A DNA stretch of 49,072 nucleotides from an uncultured Candidatus Saccharibacteria bacterium. GTDB lineage: Bacteria > Patescibacteriota > Minisyncoccia > Phycocordibacterales > UBA1006. The position numbers and the translations under genes were made by a program. The stretch spans positions 18,993 to 68,064 of the forward strand of contig CAZVLM010000002.1 of assembly GCA_964628065.1 (NCBI GenBank), written 5' to 3'. Under the pieces are notes generated by a model that saw only the letters and a program-made list of their open reading frames with translations, was not told the origin of the DNA and made no database searches. This document shows, piece by piece, positions 41,016 to 49,072 of this stretch (the stretch's first letter is position 1; each line of letters starts with the position of its first letter).

Positions 41016-41882
41016 TTAAGAATTTTTTGGTATATAGAAATCCTTCTTAAACTTAGTTCGCCATTTTTCGGCTTCCTTTTTCGATCGCGTGAATGTCATG
41101 CGAACTTTATCGTTTCGGTTGCATAGCGTCGAAAGTTCTTTAAGATTGTGCGCATCGACGGTTTTGTATTTCTTAAAAAAAGTATCTAAGTCATTGCCAA
41201 ATTTTTTGCTTGTTTTTACTTTGAAAATGAAGTCGCCAAGCACGTTGATGTATTCAGTATTTCCAAGACCATAATGAGTGCCAGTATTTATTTGTAAGTA
41301 GACTCCGGACCAGTCCTTTTTGAATGCTTTGTCGAGCGGTGTATTTCCGCCTAAGGCAAAGAATACAAGTTTTCTATCTTCTTTAATACGGCTCAAGAAA
41401 AATGTTTCTGCTGTGTTTCTTGTATGGATAAGCCATTCGTGCGGATGGAAGACAAGAATCGGGTCCCGTGGATCATGTTGCTCGAAAATCATGTCGTATG
41501 TATGTGCCCAGTAGATCCCCATAAGGTTTGGGTTTTTGAATGAGTAAGTAATCTTGTCGCCTTCCTTAAATGAGAGAATGCTGTCACTATCCATGACGGC
41601 AGGGGATTCGATGTGCTTCTTACCGAATCTGTAGATACGCTGCAACCAGTGACGGTTTATTTCATAAATCTTTCCGTGCTTACTTAATACTTCTTCTTTT
41701 AATAGAGACCGAAGAATTCGATAGAACGTCTCCTTAGAAATAGAAGCATCTTTTTTCTTAAGCTTTAAAAGGAGGGAAGGGCCTTCGGCGGCTTCCTTAT
41801 GTAGGGTTTCTAATATGAGTTCCTCAAGGGATTTTTTAGTTTGGCTGGATAGGAGCATAAATAAAGTGTCATATTCTGACAC
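41016..41882 (-). CDS. Hypothetical protein with an N-terminal winged-helix-like segment (possible regulator), divergent from the CDPS gene
   Basis: ISKETFYRILRSLLKEEVLSKHGKIYEIN resembles a wHTH recognition helix plus wing. The rest is unrecognised. GTG start. Confidence 0.4.
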   Translation of the reverse strand: MSEYDTLFMLLSSQTKKSLEELILETLHKEAAEGPSLLLKLKKKDASISKETFYRILRSLLKEEVLSKHGKIYEINRHWLQRIYRFGKKHIESPAVMDSDSILSFKEGDKITYSFKNPNLMGIYWAHTYDMIFEQHDPRDPILVFHPHEWLIHTRNTAETFFLSRIKEDRKLVFFALGGNTPLDKAFKKDWSGVYLQINTGTHYGLGNTEYINVLGDFIFKVKTSKKFGNDLDTFFKKYKTVDAHNLKELSTLCNRNDKVRMTFTRSKKEAEKWRTKFKKDFYIPKNS

Positions 41883-41920
41883 TTACAAGCGATATTACTT
41901 ATAAAAGTAACCAATGTCAA

Positions 41921-42613
41921 ATGATTCGATTATGCTCTGTGGGAATTACTTCACTTAAAAATATTCTTATGAAAATAATAGAAGCGTCAGATATCGGCAA
42001 GAAAGTTTTGGAAGAGAAGGGTATTCTTATTCTTGGCTTAAGCATTAACAACAGGTATTTCAGCGAAGAGAATATCGAAAAGCTAATGAACTGGGCTGCG
42101 CCTGCTTCATCGACTTGCATTATGATTCCAGACGAACCTGCCGTATGTACCATGATGGCTCTTGGCAAAAGTAGGGAAGATGCAGAAAGAGTTGCAAGGC
42201 TCAAGTCGAATGCTCTCGAAAATAAATGCAAAAAAATTCAGGAACGCCTAAATCTTTCAAGTGTCACCATACTGCGCTGGAAAGATATTAAGACGAATAT
42301 ATCTTATCAGCATGCCTCTTCCCATATTCAAAAGGTATACAATGTTGATGCGTCATTTGCTGCGGCGATTGATGAAACGACAAGAGAGGTGCTTAAAAAT
42401 GCGAATTCAGCAGAGCCAAGCGAGCAGCAGATTTCCATAGGAATTCAGTTCTTACTTCAGGAACTCGCATTCATTACTTATGCTGATTGCTTCTTTAGCG
42501 GACGAGACGTAGCTTACGTATATCACCGCACAATGAAAATCTTAAAAGATATTGTAGACGGCAAATATACTTTCCGAGCCGGGCGCCAGATTGGTTTCAT
42601 AACAGCAGAATAA
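41921..42613 (+). CDS. tRNA-dependent cyclodipeptide synthase (CDPS), NYH-type
   Basis: Blocks LGLSINNRYFSEENIEKLMNWA, GKSREDAERVARLK, QFLLQELAFI, YVYHRT and FRAGRQIGF are colinear with AlbC/YvmC as recalled. The alternative start ATG 41969 would give 214 aa. Confidence 0.85.
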   Translation: MIRLCSVGITSLKNILMKIIEASDIGKKVLEEKGILILGLSINNRYFSEENIEKLMNWAAPASSTCIMIPDEPAVCTMMALGKSREDAERVARLKSNALENKCKKIQERLNLSSVTILRWKDIKTNISYQHASSHIQKVYNVDASFAAAIDETTREVLKNANSAEPSEQQISIGIQFLLQELAFITYADCFFSGRDVAYVYHRTMKILKDIVDGKYTFRAGRQIGFITAE

Positions 42614-42618
42614 GTTTT

Positions 42619-42642
42619 AAAGCCCCAGCAATGGGGCTTTTT
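42619..42642 (+). terminator. Hairpin aaagcccc-agcaat-ggggcttt + TT after the CDPS gene
   Basis: Read directly, 6 nt after the CDPS stop codon. Confidence 0.65.
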
Positions 42643-42678
42643 AGACAAACCAATCTTTCTCTGCTATGCTCGGTTCAT

Positions 42679-43410
42679 ATGGATACAGGAACATCATTTG
42701 AGCGATTTGCAGAACAATACGATAGCGACATGGGCGATACGGGAAGCTATAATCACAAGTACACCATTGATCCGCCACTATTTGAGATTATTGGAAATCC
42801 AGAAGGATTAACCATTTACGATATTGCATGCGGAAATGGCTACATTGCCCGAAAACTTAAAAAAGAAGGGGCAAAAGAAATTTATGCGACCGATATTTCA
42901 GAAAGTCTCGTAAGGCTTGCCACAGAAAAATATGACGAATCAGGAATCAAGTATTCCGTACAACAAGGCGAAGATTTTTCAGGAATTCCAGAAAACCATT
43001 TCGATCTCGTCATTATTCACATGGCTATTTGGTATATTGCAGACGTGGATGCTTTTTTAAAAAACGTTCGCAAGGTATTAAAGCCAGGTGGGAGATTCAT
43101 CTTTTCAATAGATCATCCGATGAAGTGGTCACTTTATCGAGCTATTGGCGCAGTCCTTCAAGATGAAACTAATAAGGAAGAAGAAAAATATTTAGAAGCT
43201 CGCAAGGTAAGAACGTTTAATAATTGGCTCCAAATCCAAGAAGACCTGACAGTATACTTCAGGCCAATGAGTTATTATATGAACCTCTGCGGAGCAAACA
43301 ATCTTCTTATAAAAACCGTAAAAGAGCCCTACTCAAAAATCTTAAGAAAGGGGACTGAATATGAAAGCGGGATTCCTATGAAAATGATTGTAGAAACAAT
43401 AAAAGCCTAA
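42679..43410 (+). CDS. Class I SAM-dependent methyltransferase
   Basis: IYDIACGNGYIA motif I, LKPGGRFIFS motif. Start moved to ATG 42679, downstream of the terminator hairpin. Confidence 0.8.
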   Translation: MDTGTSFERFAEQYDSDMGDTGSYNHKYTIDPPLFEIIGNPEGLTIYDIACGNGYIARKLKKEGAKEIYATDISESLVRLATEKYDESGIKYSVQQGEDFSGIPENHFDLVIIHMAIWYIADVDAFLKNVRKVLKPGGRFIFSIDHPMKWSLYRAIGAVLQDETNKEEEKYLEARKVRTFNNWLQIQEDLTVYFRPMSYYMNLCGANNLLIKTVKEPYSKILRKGTEYESGIPMKMIVETIKA

Positions 43411-43422
43411 GGCTTTTTTGTT

Positions 43423-43431
43423 TGCTATACT
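43423..43431 (+). promoter_or_regulatory. Extended -10 box TGCTATACT, 6 nt upstream of ATG 43438
   Basis: tgctatact-tacctt-ATG read directly. Confidence 0.55.
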
Positions 43432-43437
43432 TACCTT

Positions 43438-44604
43438 ATGAAGTTATTCTCCTCAATAATAATCACCATAATAGGAATACTGGCAATGGCTGGTACTGCT
43501 TTTGCAGAAGCGGGTACACTTATTCAAAAATACCAATCAGGTACGCCGATAAAGGTTTTGATTATTCCAGGCCATGACAACGAATTTTCTGGAACGGAGT
43601 TTAGGGGTATGCGAGAAGCTGATTTGAACCTGAGGCTGGCAGGAGAGATTTCTGAAAAGCTTAATAAAAATCCTCAGTTACAGGTAGTGGTATCGCGAGA
43701 CGTGAAAACAGGAAACTATATTCCGGAACTTCTTTCGTATTTTGATACTCAAAAAGACGCGGTTGCAAGTTTTACAGGAGAACGTAAGTCGCTCTATAAA
43801 AAAATGAAAGAAGATGCTGCTGCGCAGGCAGCTGCAACTCCTTCAAATGGTTCAGGTTCGGTCGTAGTAACGCCAAAGAAAGAAGTGCCCCATGCTCCCG
43901 CAAATGCGCAAGTTGCGTATCGATTATATGCCGTAAACAAATGGGCAGGAGAGCATGATTTCGATCTCATTATAAGTGTTCACTTTAACGATCACTATCC
44001 TCGCAAGGAAAACAAAGTGGGCGAATATGTTGGTTACTCTATCTATGCTCCAGGCGACATTCTTCCTAATGCGCATCCTTCACGTGAAGTTGCCGTGTCA
44101 ATCGGAAGTCGACTCAGTGATATTATTCCTGCAAGTAACCTATTTCTAGAATCAGATTTGGCTGATAAGTCGGGCGTTATTCCTGATACCAGTCTGATTG
44201 CGCTTGGTTCAAGCGCAACACTTACTGTTCCAAGTATCCTTATTGAGTACTCATATATTTATGAGCCGCAACTGCGATTGGAGGTTTCAAAGACGACACT
44301 AGAGGCAATGGCGCAGGCGACCTACTTGGGACTTGAAGAGTATTTATCAGGAAAGAAAAGCGAATCAAAAACATTTACTCATGCGTGGACCAAAAATCTT
44401 TCGCCCGGAAAAACAAGAAACAGGGAAGTGTTAGCCATTCAGATAGCACTTAACTTCTTAAAAATAAAAAGTTGCGCATTGGACGGCATTTATGGAGACT
44501 GCACAAAAGCAGGATTGAGAATATTTCAAAAAAGTCATGGCCTGGACGCTGACGGACTATTCGGAAAGAAGACAAGAATCAAGTTAAACGAGGCACTGAA
44601 ATAA
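43438..44604 (+). CDS. N-acetylmuramoyl-L-alanine amidase (Amidase_3-like) with a C-terminal peptidoglycan-binding domain
   Basis: Signal peptide. VLIIPGHDNEFSGTEF...E...HFN core. C-terminal LDGIYGDCTKAGLRIFQKSHGLDADGLFGKKT PGB repeat. Confidence 0.7.
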   Translation: MKLFSSIIITIIGILAMAGTAFAEAGTLIQKYQSGTPIKVLIIPGHDNEFSGTEFRGMREADLNLRLAGEISEKLNKNPQLQVVVSRDVKTGNYIPELLSYFDTQKDAVASFTGERKSLYKKMKEDAAAQAAATPSNGSGSVVVTPKKEVPHAPANAQVAYRLYAVNKWAGEHDFDLIISVHFNDHYPRKENKVGEYVGYSIYAPGDILPNAHPSREVAVSIGSRLSDIIPASNLFLESDLADKSGVIPDTSLIALGSSATLTVPSILIEYSYIYEPQLRLEVSKTTLEAMAQATYLGLEEYLSGKKSESKTFTHAWTKNLSPGKTRNREVLAIQIALNFLKIKSCALDGIYGDCTKAGLRIFQKSHGLDADGLFGKKTRIKLNEALK

Positions 44605-44611
44605 TCCATAC

Positions 44612-44637
44612 AAAAAACCAGCAAGCACTGGTTTTTT
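44612..44637. terminator. Hairpin aaaaaaccag-caagca-ctggtttttt (bidirectional)
   Basis: Perfect inverted repeat between convergent genes. Confidence 0.7.
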
Positions 44638-44644
44638 AGGTTCA

Positions 44645-44830
44645 TTACTTGATCACATCGGCTGCCTTCTTCCCAAGCACTGCGCCTGAAATAACGGCAA
44701 TGATGAAGAATACAAGGAAAACAACAAATAGGACTTTTGCGATCGTTGCTGCAACTCCTGCGATTCCTCCGAATCCGAGAATAGCGGCTACGATTGCAAT
44801 GATAAGAAAGATAACACTCCATTTCAACAT
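44645..44830 (-). CDS. DUF1328-family small membrane protein
   Basis: [25 protein letters not shown]... is the classical DUF1328 (YtjA-like) N-terminus. The track N-terminal extension was dropped. Confidence 0.75.
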   Translation of the reverse strand: MLKWSVIFLIIAIVAAILGFGGIAGVAATIAKVLFVVFLVFFIIAVISGAVLGKKAADVIK

Positions 44831-44921
44831 ATAATTATGCCTCAATGATGTCTCGAGGCGGATTAACTGATAACTTTCGAACCATATCCAGTGTACGCCT
44901 TTGAAAAGGATGGTCAAGGTC

Positions 44922-46769
44922 TCAATAATAAGCTTTCAAGAATCTAAGAGCGCTATCGCGTTCAGAAAGTGCTTTTTCTGTGGATTCTTCAAGAGGGTCA
45001 AGCAGTTTCGAAAGGAACGTAATATCCGTTAAAATGGTAATAGACATAAGACTGCTTCGTGCGAGTTCTATATGATTGAAAACATCACTCGCAACCTGGT
45101 CAATAATTTCATACCAGAATAGTTTTTGAAGGGCATCCTTTTCGGTTGTAAGATTAAGTTCATATTCGTGATTATCCTTCTGCAAGTATTGTGCAATAAG
45201 GGGAGTGCTGACTGAATTTAAAAATCCATTCTGTAAGTCATGAAACCAATCATGCGCATCGTCATTTAACTGTCGCGCAATAAGGTAATGCCGGAAAAAC
45301 GATTCAAGCGCCGAAATCTCTTTTATCTTGTCCGGATGATGAGAAGCAAGAATAAGGAGAAGGGGAGCAATGGCGAGTCCTAATGATTTTTCTGCCAACA
45401 CAGAATGGTCTACATAATCTGGTAATATCGCAGGAAGATGAATAACTGAGTTTACTACAGAGCATTTGCAATGAGTGTACTCCCAGTGATTGGCAGTGTC
45501 GATAGTGTTCAAGGTTGTGATAATGACAGGGTCTGATGAAATACTTAAAAAGATGCTTAACATTTCACGGGCGCAGATATTTGCAGCAGGGAGGTCTTTT
45601 ATTTTACCGTCATCCAGTACGTCGTCATAGAAGGTATACCCAATCCAACCAAGCGCGTTTGCAAAACAAAGTTTTTCTATCATTGTGCCATCTAAGCTCT
45701 GATAGTCAGGAATAATGTGTTGGTAAAACGTCCTAGGAAGATTTGCGAGAGCGGATAATTTTTTGAACGAATTAAACTCTTGGAGAATAGGTTCTGAGAT
45801 AGTCGGTGGATAATCCTTAAGGAAATTATTAATCATGAGCTCTGTGTTTTCATTATGAGACAGAGGAGGTATTGGCTGGTGACATGCTTTATCATAAAGA
45901 GAAAGTGCTTCAATGATGGCAGTACAAGTAAATGCCTCGCATCCACTCCAATGAATGGCGTCTTTTGTAACTTTTTCTATAAATACAGGACAGTTCTTGA
46001 TTTCTGTATTTAATATAACCTCATCAACAAGTCTCTTGATTGTGCTTAGCTCACCATAAAGGTTTATATGAGCAGATATGAAGAGGGCTTTTTCTAATGG
46101 ATTTGCAGGTGTTTCCTTATCAAGAAGGATAAGCAAATCTTTTTGCAATGCGCCACGATACCACTTTGAGAGGAAATAGATAATAACAATAGGGGATTTG
46201 TAATAATCAGATCGTAAATCAACCTGCTTAATTTTGTCTTCAATAAAAGTGGTTAAGTTTGGTAGATCAATACCCATAACGGATAGAAAGTGCATAATGT
46301 TGCTGTTTACAACAATGTCTACATCTTTCCATGATTGCCTCATCTCGCACGGTACATCCCAGGTAAAATAGGGGCCACCTTCGGCGGTTTCGTTGCGGAT
46401 TAGGGTGTTAACGATGCTTACCATGGCCTCCTCGTCTATAATACTCGGGTCATAGAGATAAAGAGCAGCTAGTGCGATGCAAGTGTCGTCGAGATCGTCA
46501 GGGAGGTCAGAATGGATTTCGTTTGGTAACCTTGCGCGGTAGTTCCACGTCCAGGATAAACTTTTTTGGTTAATAAGGTGGCCCGCGAGTGCGTCTTTCT
46601 CATGCTTGAGATCTTCAATGTTAAGTGAAGAAATAATTTGTAGTATGAGTGAGGGGTAGAAATTTGTGGGAGTGTTTGTGTAAGGTGTACTTGAAATGGT
46701 TCCATGAGAAAGAAAGTCCTTTAGTAAAAGAATGTGATTTGAAAGCGACGTATGAAGTTGTGTACTCAT
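44922..46769 (-). CDS. Two-domain terpenoid cyclase/synthase-like protein (N: alpha/alpha-toroid-like with DLDDT; C: class I isoprenoid-synthase-like with two DDxxD)
   Basis: DDLDDT at 46482..46499. YDDVLDD at 45609..45629. QLNDDAHD at 45249..45266, 120 residues after the first DDxxD (FARM/SARM-like spacing). Confidence 0.5.
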   Translation of the reverse strand: MSTQLHTSLSNHILLLKDFLSHGTISSTPYTNTPTNFYPSLILQIISSLNIEDLKHEKDALAGHLINQKSLSWTWNYRARLPNEIHSDLPDDLDDTCIALAALYLYDPSIIDEEAMVSIVNTLIRNETAEGGPYFTWDVPCEMRQSWKDVDIVVNSNIMHFLSVMGIDLPNLTTFIEDKIKQVDLRSDYYKSPIVIIYFLSKWYRGALQKDLLILLDKETPANPLEKALFISAHINLYGELSTIKRLVDEVILNTEIKNCPVFIEKVTKDAIHWSGCEAFTCTAIIEALSLYDKACHQPIPPLSHNENTELMINNFLKDYPPTISEPILQEFNSFKKLSALANLPRTFYQHIIPDYQSLDGTMIEKLCFANALGWIGYTFYDDVLDDGKIKDLPAANICAREMLSIFLSISSDPVIITTLNTIDTANHWEYTHCKCSVVNSVIHLPAILPDYVDHSVLAEKSLGLAIAPLLLILASHHPDKIKEISALESFFRHYLIARQLNDDAHDWFHDLQNGFLNSVSTPLIAQYLQKDNHEYELNLTTEKDALQKLFWYEIIDQVASDVFNHIELARSSLMSITILTDITFLSKLLDPLEESTEKALSERDSALRFLKAYY

Positions 46770-46774
46770 TATGA

Positions 46775-48205
46775 TTACAGTTCGCTAGGAAATACTGCAG
46801 AAAATGTGGTTCCGCCGTCGGGGTTTGTTGTTACAGAAATAGAGCCGTTGAAATCTCGTTCAAGGATATTTTTGGTAGTCGAAAGGCCGAGACCAAGTCC
46901 TTTTGTTTGGGGTTTTGTCGTAAAGAATTGTTCGAAAATTCTATTTTTAATTTCATCAGGAATTCCGCAACCGTGATCGGTTACTTTTAAGACGGCGTTT
47001 TTGTCCCGTTTGGAAAGGGTAATGGTTACGGCCTTGTTGTCTTTAGTTATGCCATCGTATGAATCTATAGCGTTAGAAATAAGGTTTATTGCAATTTGAT
47101 GAAACTTAAGCGGGTTTCCAAAAAGGAAGAGTTCCTTAGGAAGGTTGAGCTTTAAGCTGACATTATTGATACGAGCCTTGTGTTTAAGCATATCCACCGC
47201 CTCGGAAAGTTCTTGATTCGTTGAGAATGTTTCCATAACCAAGGTAGGCTTTATCTGCTTCCGAATGGTTCCCAAAAAATCTCCCATACGACGACTTGCA
47301 TGTACGGCTTTTTCTACGGAATCTTTGAGTTCTGGAATTTCTGTTTTTGATTCAAGTTGGTCTACGTTTGCAATGACGGCATTTAATGGATTCATCAAGT
47401 CATGAAATATTCCCGATGATAGTTTTCCAAGTTCTGCGAATCGGTACAACTGAGATACTTGCTCACTTTGAGCAGCTTTTAATGCTTGGGTACGCTCCTC
47501 GACTTTTACCTCGAGCATATTTCGCTCTTCAATAAGCGCCAACTCGGATTTTCGTGCCCTTACCAATGATCGCTCCATTTCCCGGTTTGATAGCCATGAG
47601 ATTCCTGATACGAGGAGGAAGATGAAACTCATCTCGAGGGTGTCTTGCAGTCTTATTGGTTCACTTCTCCAATAAAGATGAACAGGAATAATGTTATGTA
47701 TCTGAAGGTAAGTAAGTAAAACAATACTCATCCCAATAACCAGGGTCATAACAAATCCGAATCTTGTACTTATTAATATACTAGAAATAACAATTACAAT
47801 AATCGATCCTAGAATAATCATTGGTAACACAAAGCTCCACGATGCTACTCCGTACATTGTGAGAACAAAATATATTGCAATAAGAATATATGAGGCCAAA
47901 CGGATGCAACTTTTTCTGGAAAGAGTCAGAAGGAAAGTGAATATTCCAACAAACAATAACATCCCTAGGAATGGAAACCCCACATAGGACTCGCCATATT
48001 TAATCTCAGAGATTAGTAAACTAATAGATAATATTCCCAACAAAATAATAGAACCAAGCAGGATTATGTTCAGAACAAACTCCCTTCGACGGATGTCTTC
48101 ATTTTTTGATTTTGGCTTAATAAGTTTTTCATATATAAAATGAATACCTCTTTTTACTAGGGTATTTACAGAAAAAGATCGTCTTTTGGTTAAATTGGTA
48201 TCCAT
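46775..48205 (-). CDS. Sensor histidine kinase (polytopic membrane N-domain, HisKA + HATPase_c)
   Basis: H-box SSGIFHDLMNPLNAV, N-box LISNAIDS, G-boxes DHGCGIP / GLGLGLS. 6-7 N-terminal TM helices. Confidence 0.9.
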   Translation of the reverse strand: MDTNLTKRRSFSVNTLVKRGIHFIYEKLIKPKSKNEDIRRREFVLNIILLGSIILLGILSISLLISEIKYGESYVGFPFLGMLLFVGIFTFLLTLSRKSCIRLASYILIAIYFVLTMYGVASWSFVLPMIILGSIIVIVISSILISTRFGFVMTLVIGMSIVLLTYLQIHNIIPVHLYWRSEPIRLQDTLEMSFIFLLVSGISWLSNREMERSLVRARKSELALIEERNMLEVKVEERTQALKAAQSEQVSQLYRFAELGKLSSGIFHDLMNPLNAVIANVDQLESKTEIPELKDSVEKAVHASRRMGDFLGTIRKQIKPTLVMETFSTNQELSEAVDMLKHKARINNVSLKLNLPKELFLFGNPLKFHQIAINLISNAIDSYDGITKDNKAVTITLSKRDKNAVLKVTDHGCGIPDEIKNRIFEQFFTTKPQTKGLGLGLSTTKNILERDFNGSISVTTNPDGGTTFSAVFPSEL

Positions 48206-48357
48206 TTTATTTATGTATCAAATTATTGATCCCAAGGCAAGAATTCTGTCTTTTCAACTGAGGACCGCTCAAGAACTTCTTTAGTTCGATGAGAGTTCTT
48301 ATTGAGAAGATTTTCTGCAAGTATTTTCATAAGTGAACTTTGCTTAACTTAATAAGT

Positions 48358-48381
48358 GAAATTAATCGACTAATTAATTTC
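48358..48381. promoter_or_regulatory. Perfect 9-bp inverted repeat gaaattaat-N6-attaatttc in the RR-HK spacer (candidate operator)
   Basis: Read directly. Function inferred only from symmetry and position. Confidence 0.3.
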
Positions 48382-48446
48382 ATGTACCAAGTTTAGCTAC
48401 TGCGTACTCAAGAAACATACAAGAAAAAATAAGACAAAAATAAATT

Positions 48447-49072
48447 CTACCGTTGTACATCAATCTTATACCCTCGTCCAGGGACATTATGAATGAGCTT
48501 TTTCTTGCGAGGTGTATCAATCTTTTTTCTTAAATTAAGAACATGCATTTCAATCGTATTTGAAGTTGAGTCTACATTCATATCCCACACATGTTCCGTA
48601 ATAGCCCCTCGAGAAACGACAGCGCCCTTATTCTTAAGGAGGTATTCAAGCAATCCAAATTCCTTCTTCGTAAGGTAGATAGAATTATTACCACGGGTAA
48701 CTTGCTGGGTGGTGCTATCAAGGACCAAATCGTCGAGCGCGAAAGTCGTCTTAGAGCTTAATGTAGGCCTTCTGAGAATTGCCTGCATTCGAGCAAAGAG
48801 CTCGTCAAAGAAGAATGGCTTTGTCAGGTAGTCGTCAACCCCTCCGTTGAGTCCCTCAATAATATGCGGCACATCATCAGTAACCGAAATCATAATAATC
48901 GGGGTACTTCTTTTTGATGCATTCGGCTGATTCCTAATCTCTTCGCAAACAGAGAATCCGTTCTTTTCTGGGAGTCCGTAATCGAGCAAGACAATATCGT
49001 AGTCATTAGCTTTTGCTAGGCGAGCGCCTGTTTTTCCATCAGTTGCTACGTCTACAATATAGCACTTTTCCT
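48447..49072 (-). CDS. OmpR-family response regulator (N-terminus runs off the window)
   Basis: Receiver DYDIVLLDYGLPEKNG...KPF and winged-helix LTKKEFGLLEYL...VPGRGYKI. The reading frame stays open to position 49072. Confidence 0.9.
   Translation of the reverse strand, partial: EKCYIVDVATDGKTGARLAKANDYDIVLLDYGLPEKNGFSVCEEIRNQPNASKRSTPIIMISVTDDVPHIIEGLNGGVDDYLTKPFFFDELFARMQAILRRPTLSSKTTFALDDLVLDSTTQQVTRGNNSIYLTKKEFGLLEYLLKNKGAVVSRGAITEHVWDMNVDSTSNTIEMHVLNLRKKIDTPRKKKLIHNVPGRGYKIDVQR

Noticed and set aside
40685-41126. ORFs 40685..41050 and 40941..41126
   Set aside because: They overlap the 3' end of a real membrane-protein gene, tRNA-His, a terminator hairpin and the convergent 41016..41882 gene. 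Their composition is not protein-like.

Overview
About 49 kb of an AT-rich, gene-dense bacterial chromosome. It uses the standard genetic code: genes end cleanly on TGA, TAA and TAG. Genes are short, spacers are very short, there are eight tRNA genes, and no rRNA, CRISPR array, transposase or integrase is visible. Content is mostly housekeeping and envelope functions: tsaE, polA, a holA-like gene, ruvA, ruvX, rpsT, rplS, murF, ddl, an RSH (p)ppGpp enzyme, pilM, two DedA proteins, an ECF sigma factor, and many small membrane or hypothetical proteins. No central metabolism is evident. I infer a Patescibacteria/CPR (Parcubacteria-like) origin, but this is inference only.

Main observations:
1. 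A clear tRNA-dependent cyclodipeptide synthase (CDPS) homologue lies at 41921..42613, next to a SAM methyltransferase and a wHTH protein.
2. About 2.3 kb from the CDPS, on the opposite strand, is a 615-aa protein with a class-II-like DLDDT motif in its N-terminal half and two DDxxD motifs in its C-terminal half (terpene cyclase/synthase-like). It sits 5 bp downstream of the sensor kinase of a two-component system. Together these may form a diketopiperazine/terpenoid locus.
3. At least 13 copies of a GC-rich element (CACCCC box plus a perfect hairpin) are present. Three are inserted in frame in tsaE, polA and the holA-like gene, always read as PLLQGEG. One supplies the stop codon of an AlkD-like gene. 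Two form about 200-260 bp MITE-like composites.
4. More than 25 genes share a TGnTAtAcT/TATAAT box 6-8 nt upstream of the ATG and have no Shine-Dalgarno sequence, implying mostly leaderless mRNAs.
5. Several unusual proteins occur: a PAP2 phosphatase fused to an APH-type kinase, an ART/PARP-like protein, and a membrane-anchored MurF.

Many starts in the ORF track were revised to the ATG that fits this promoter spacing or that avoids overlap with a tRNA.
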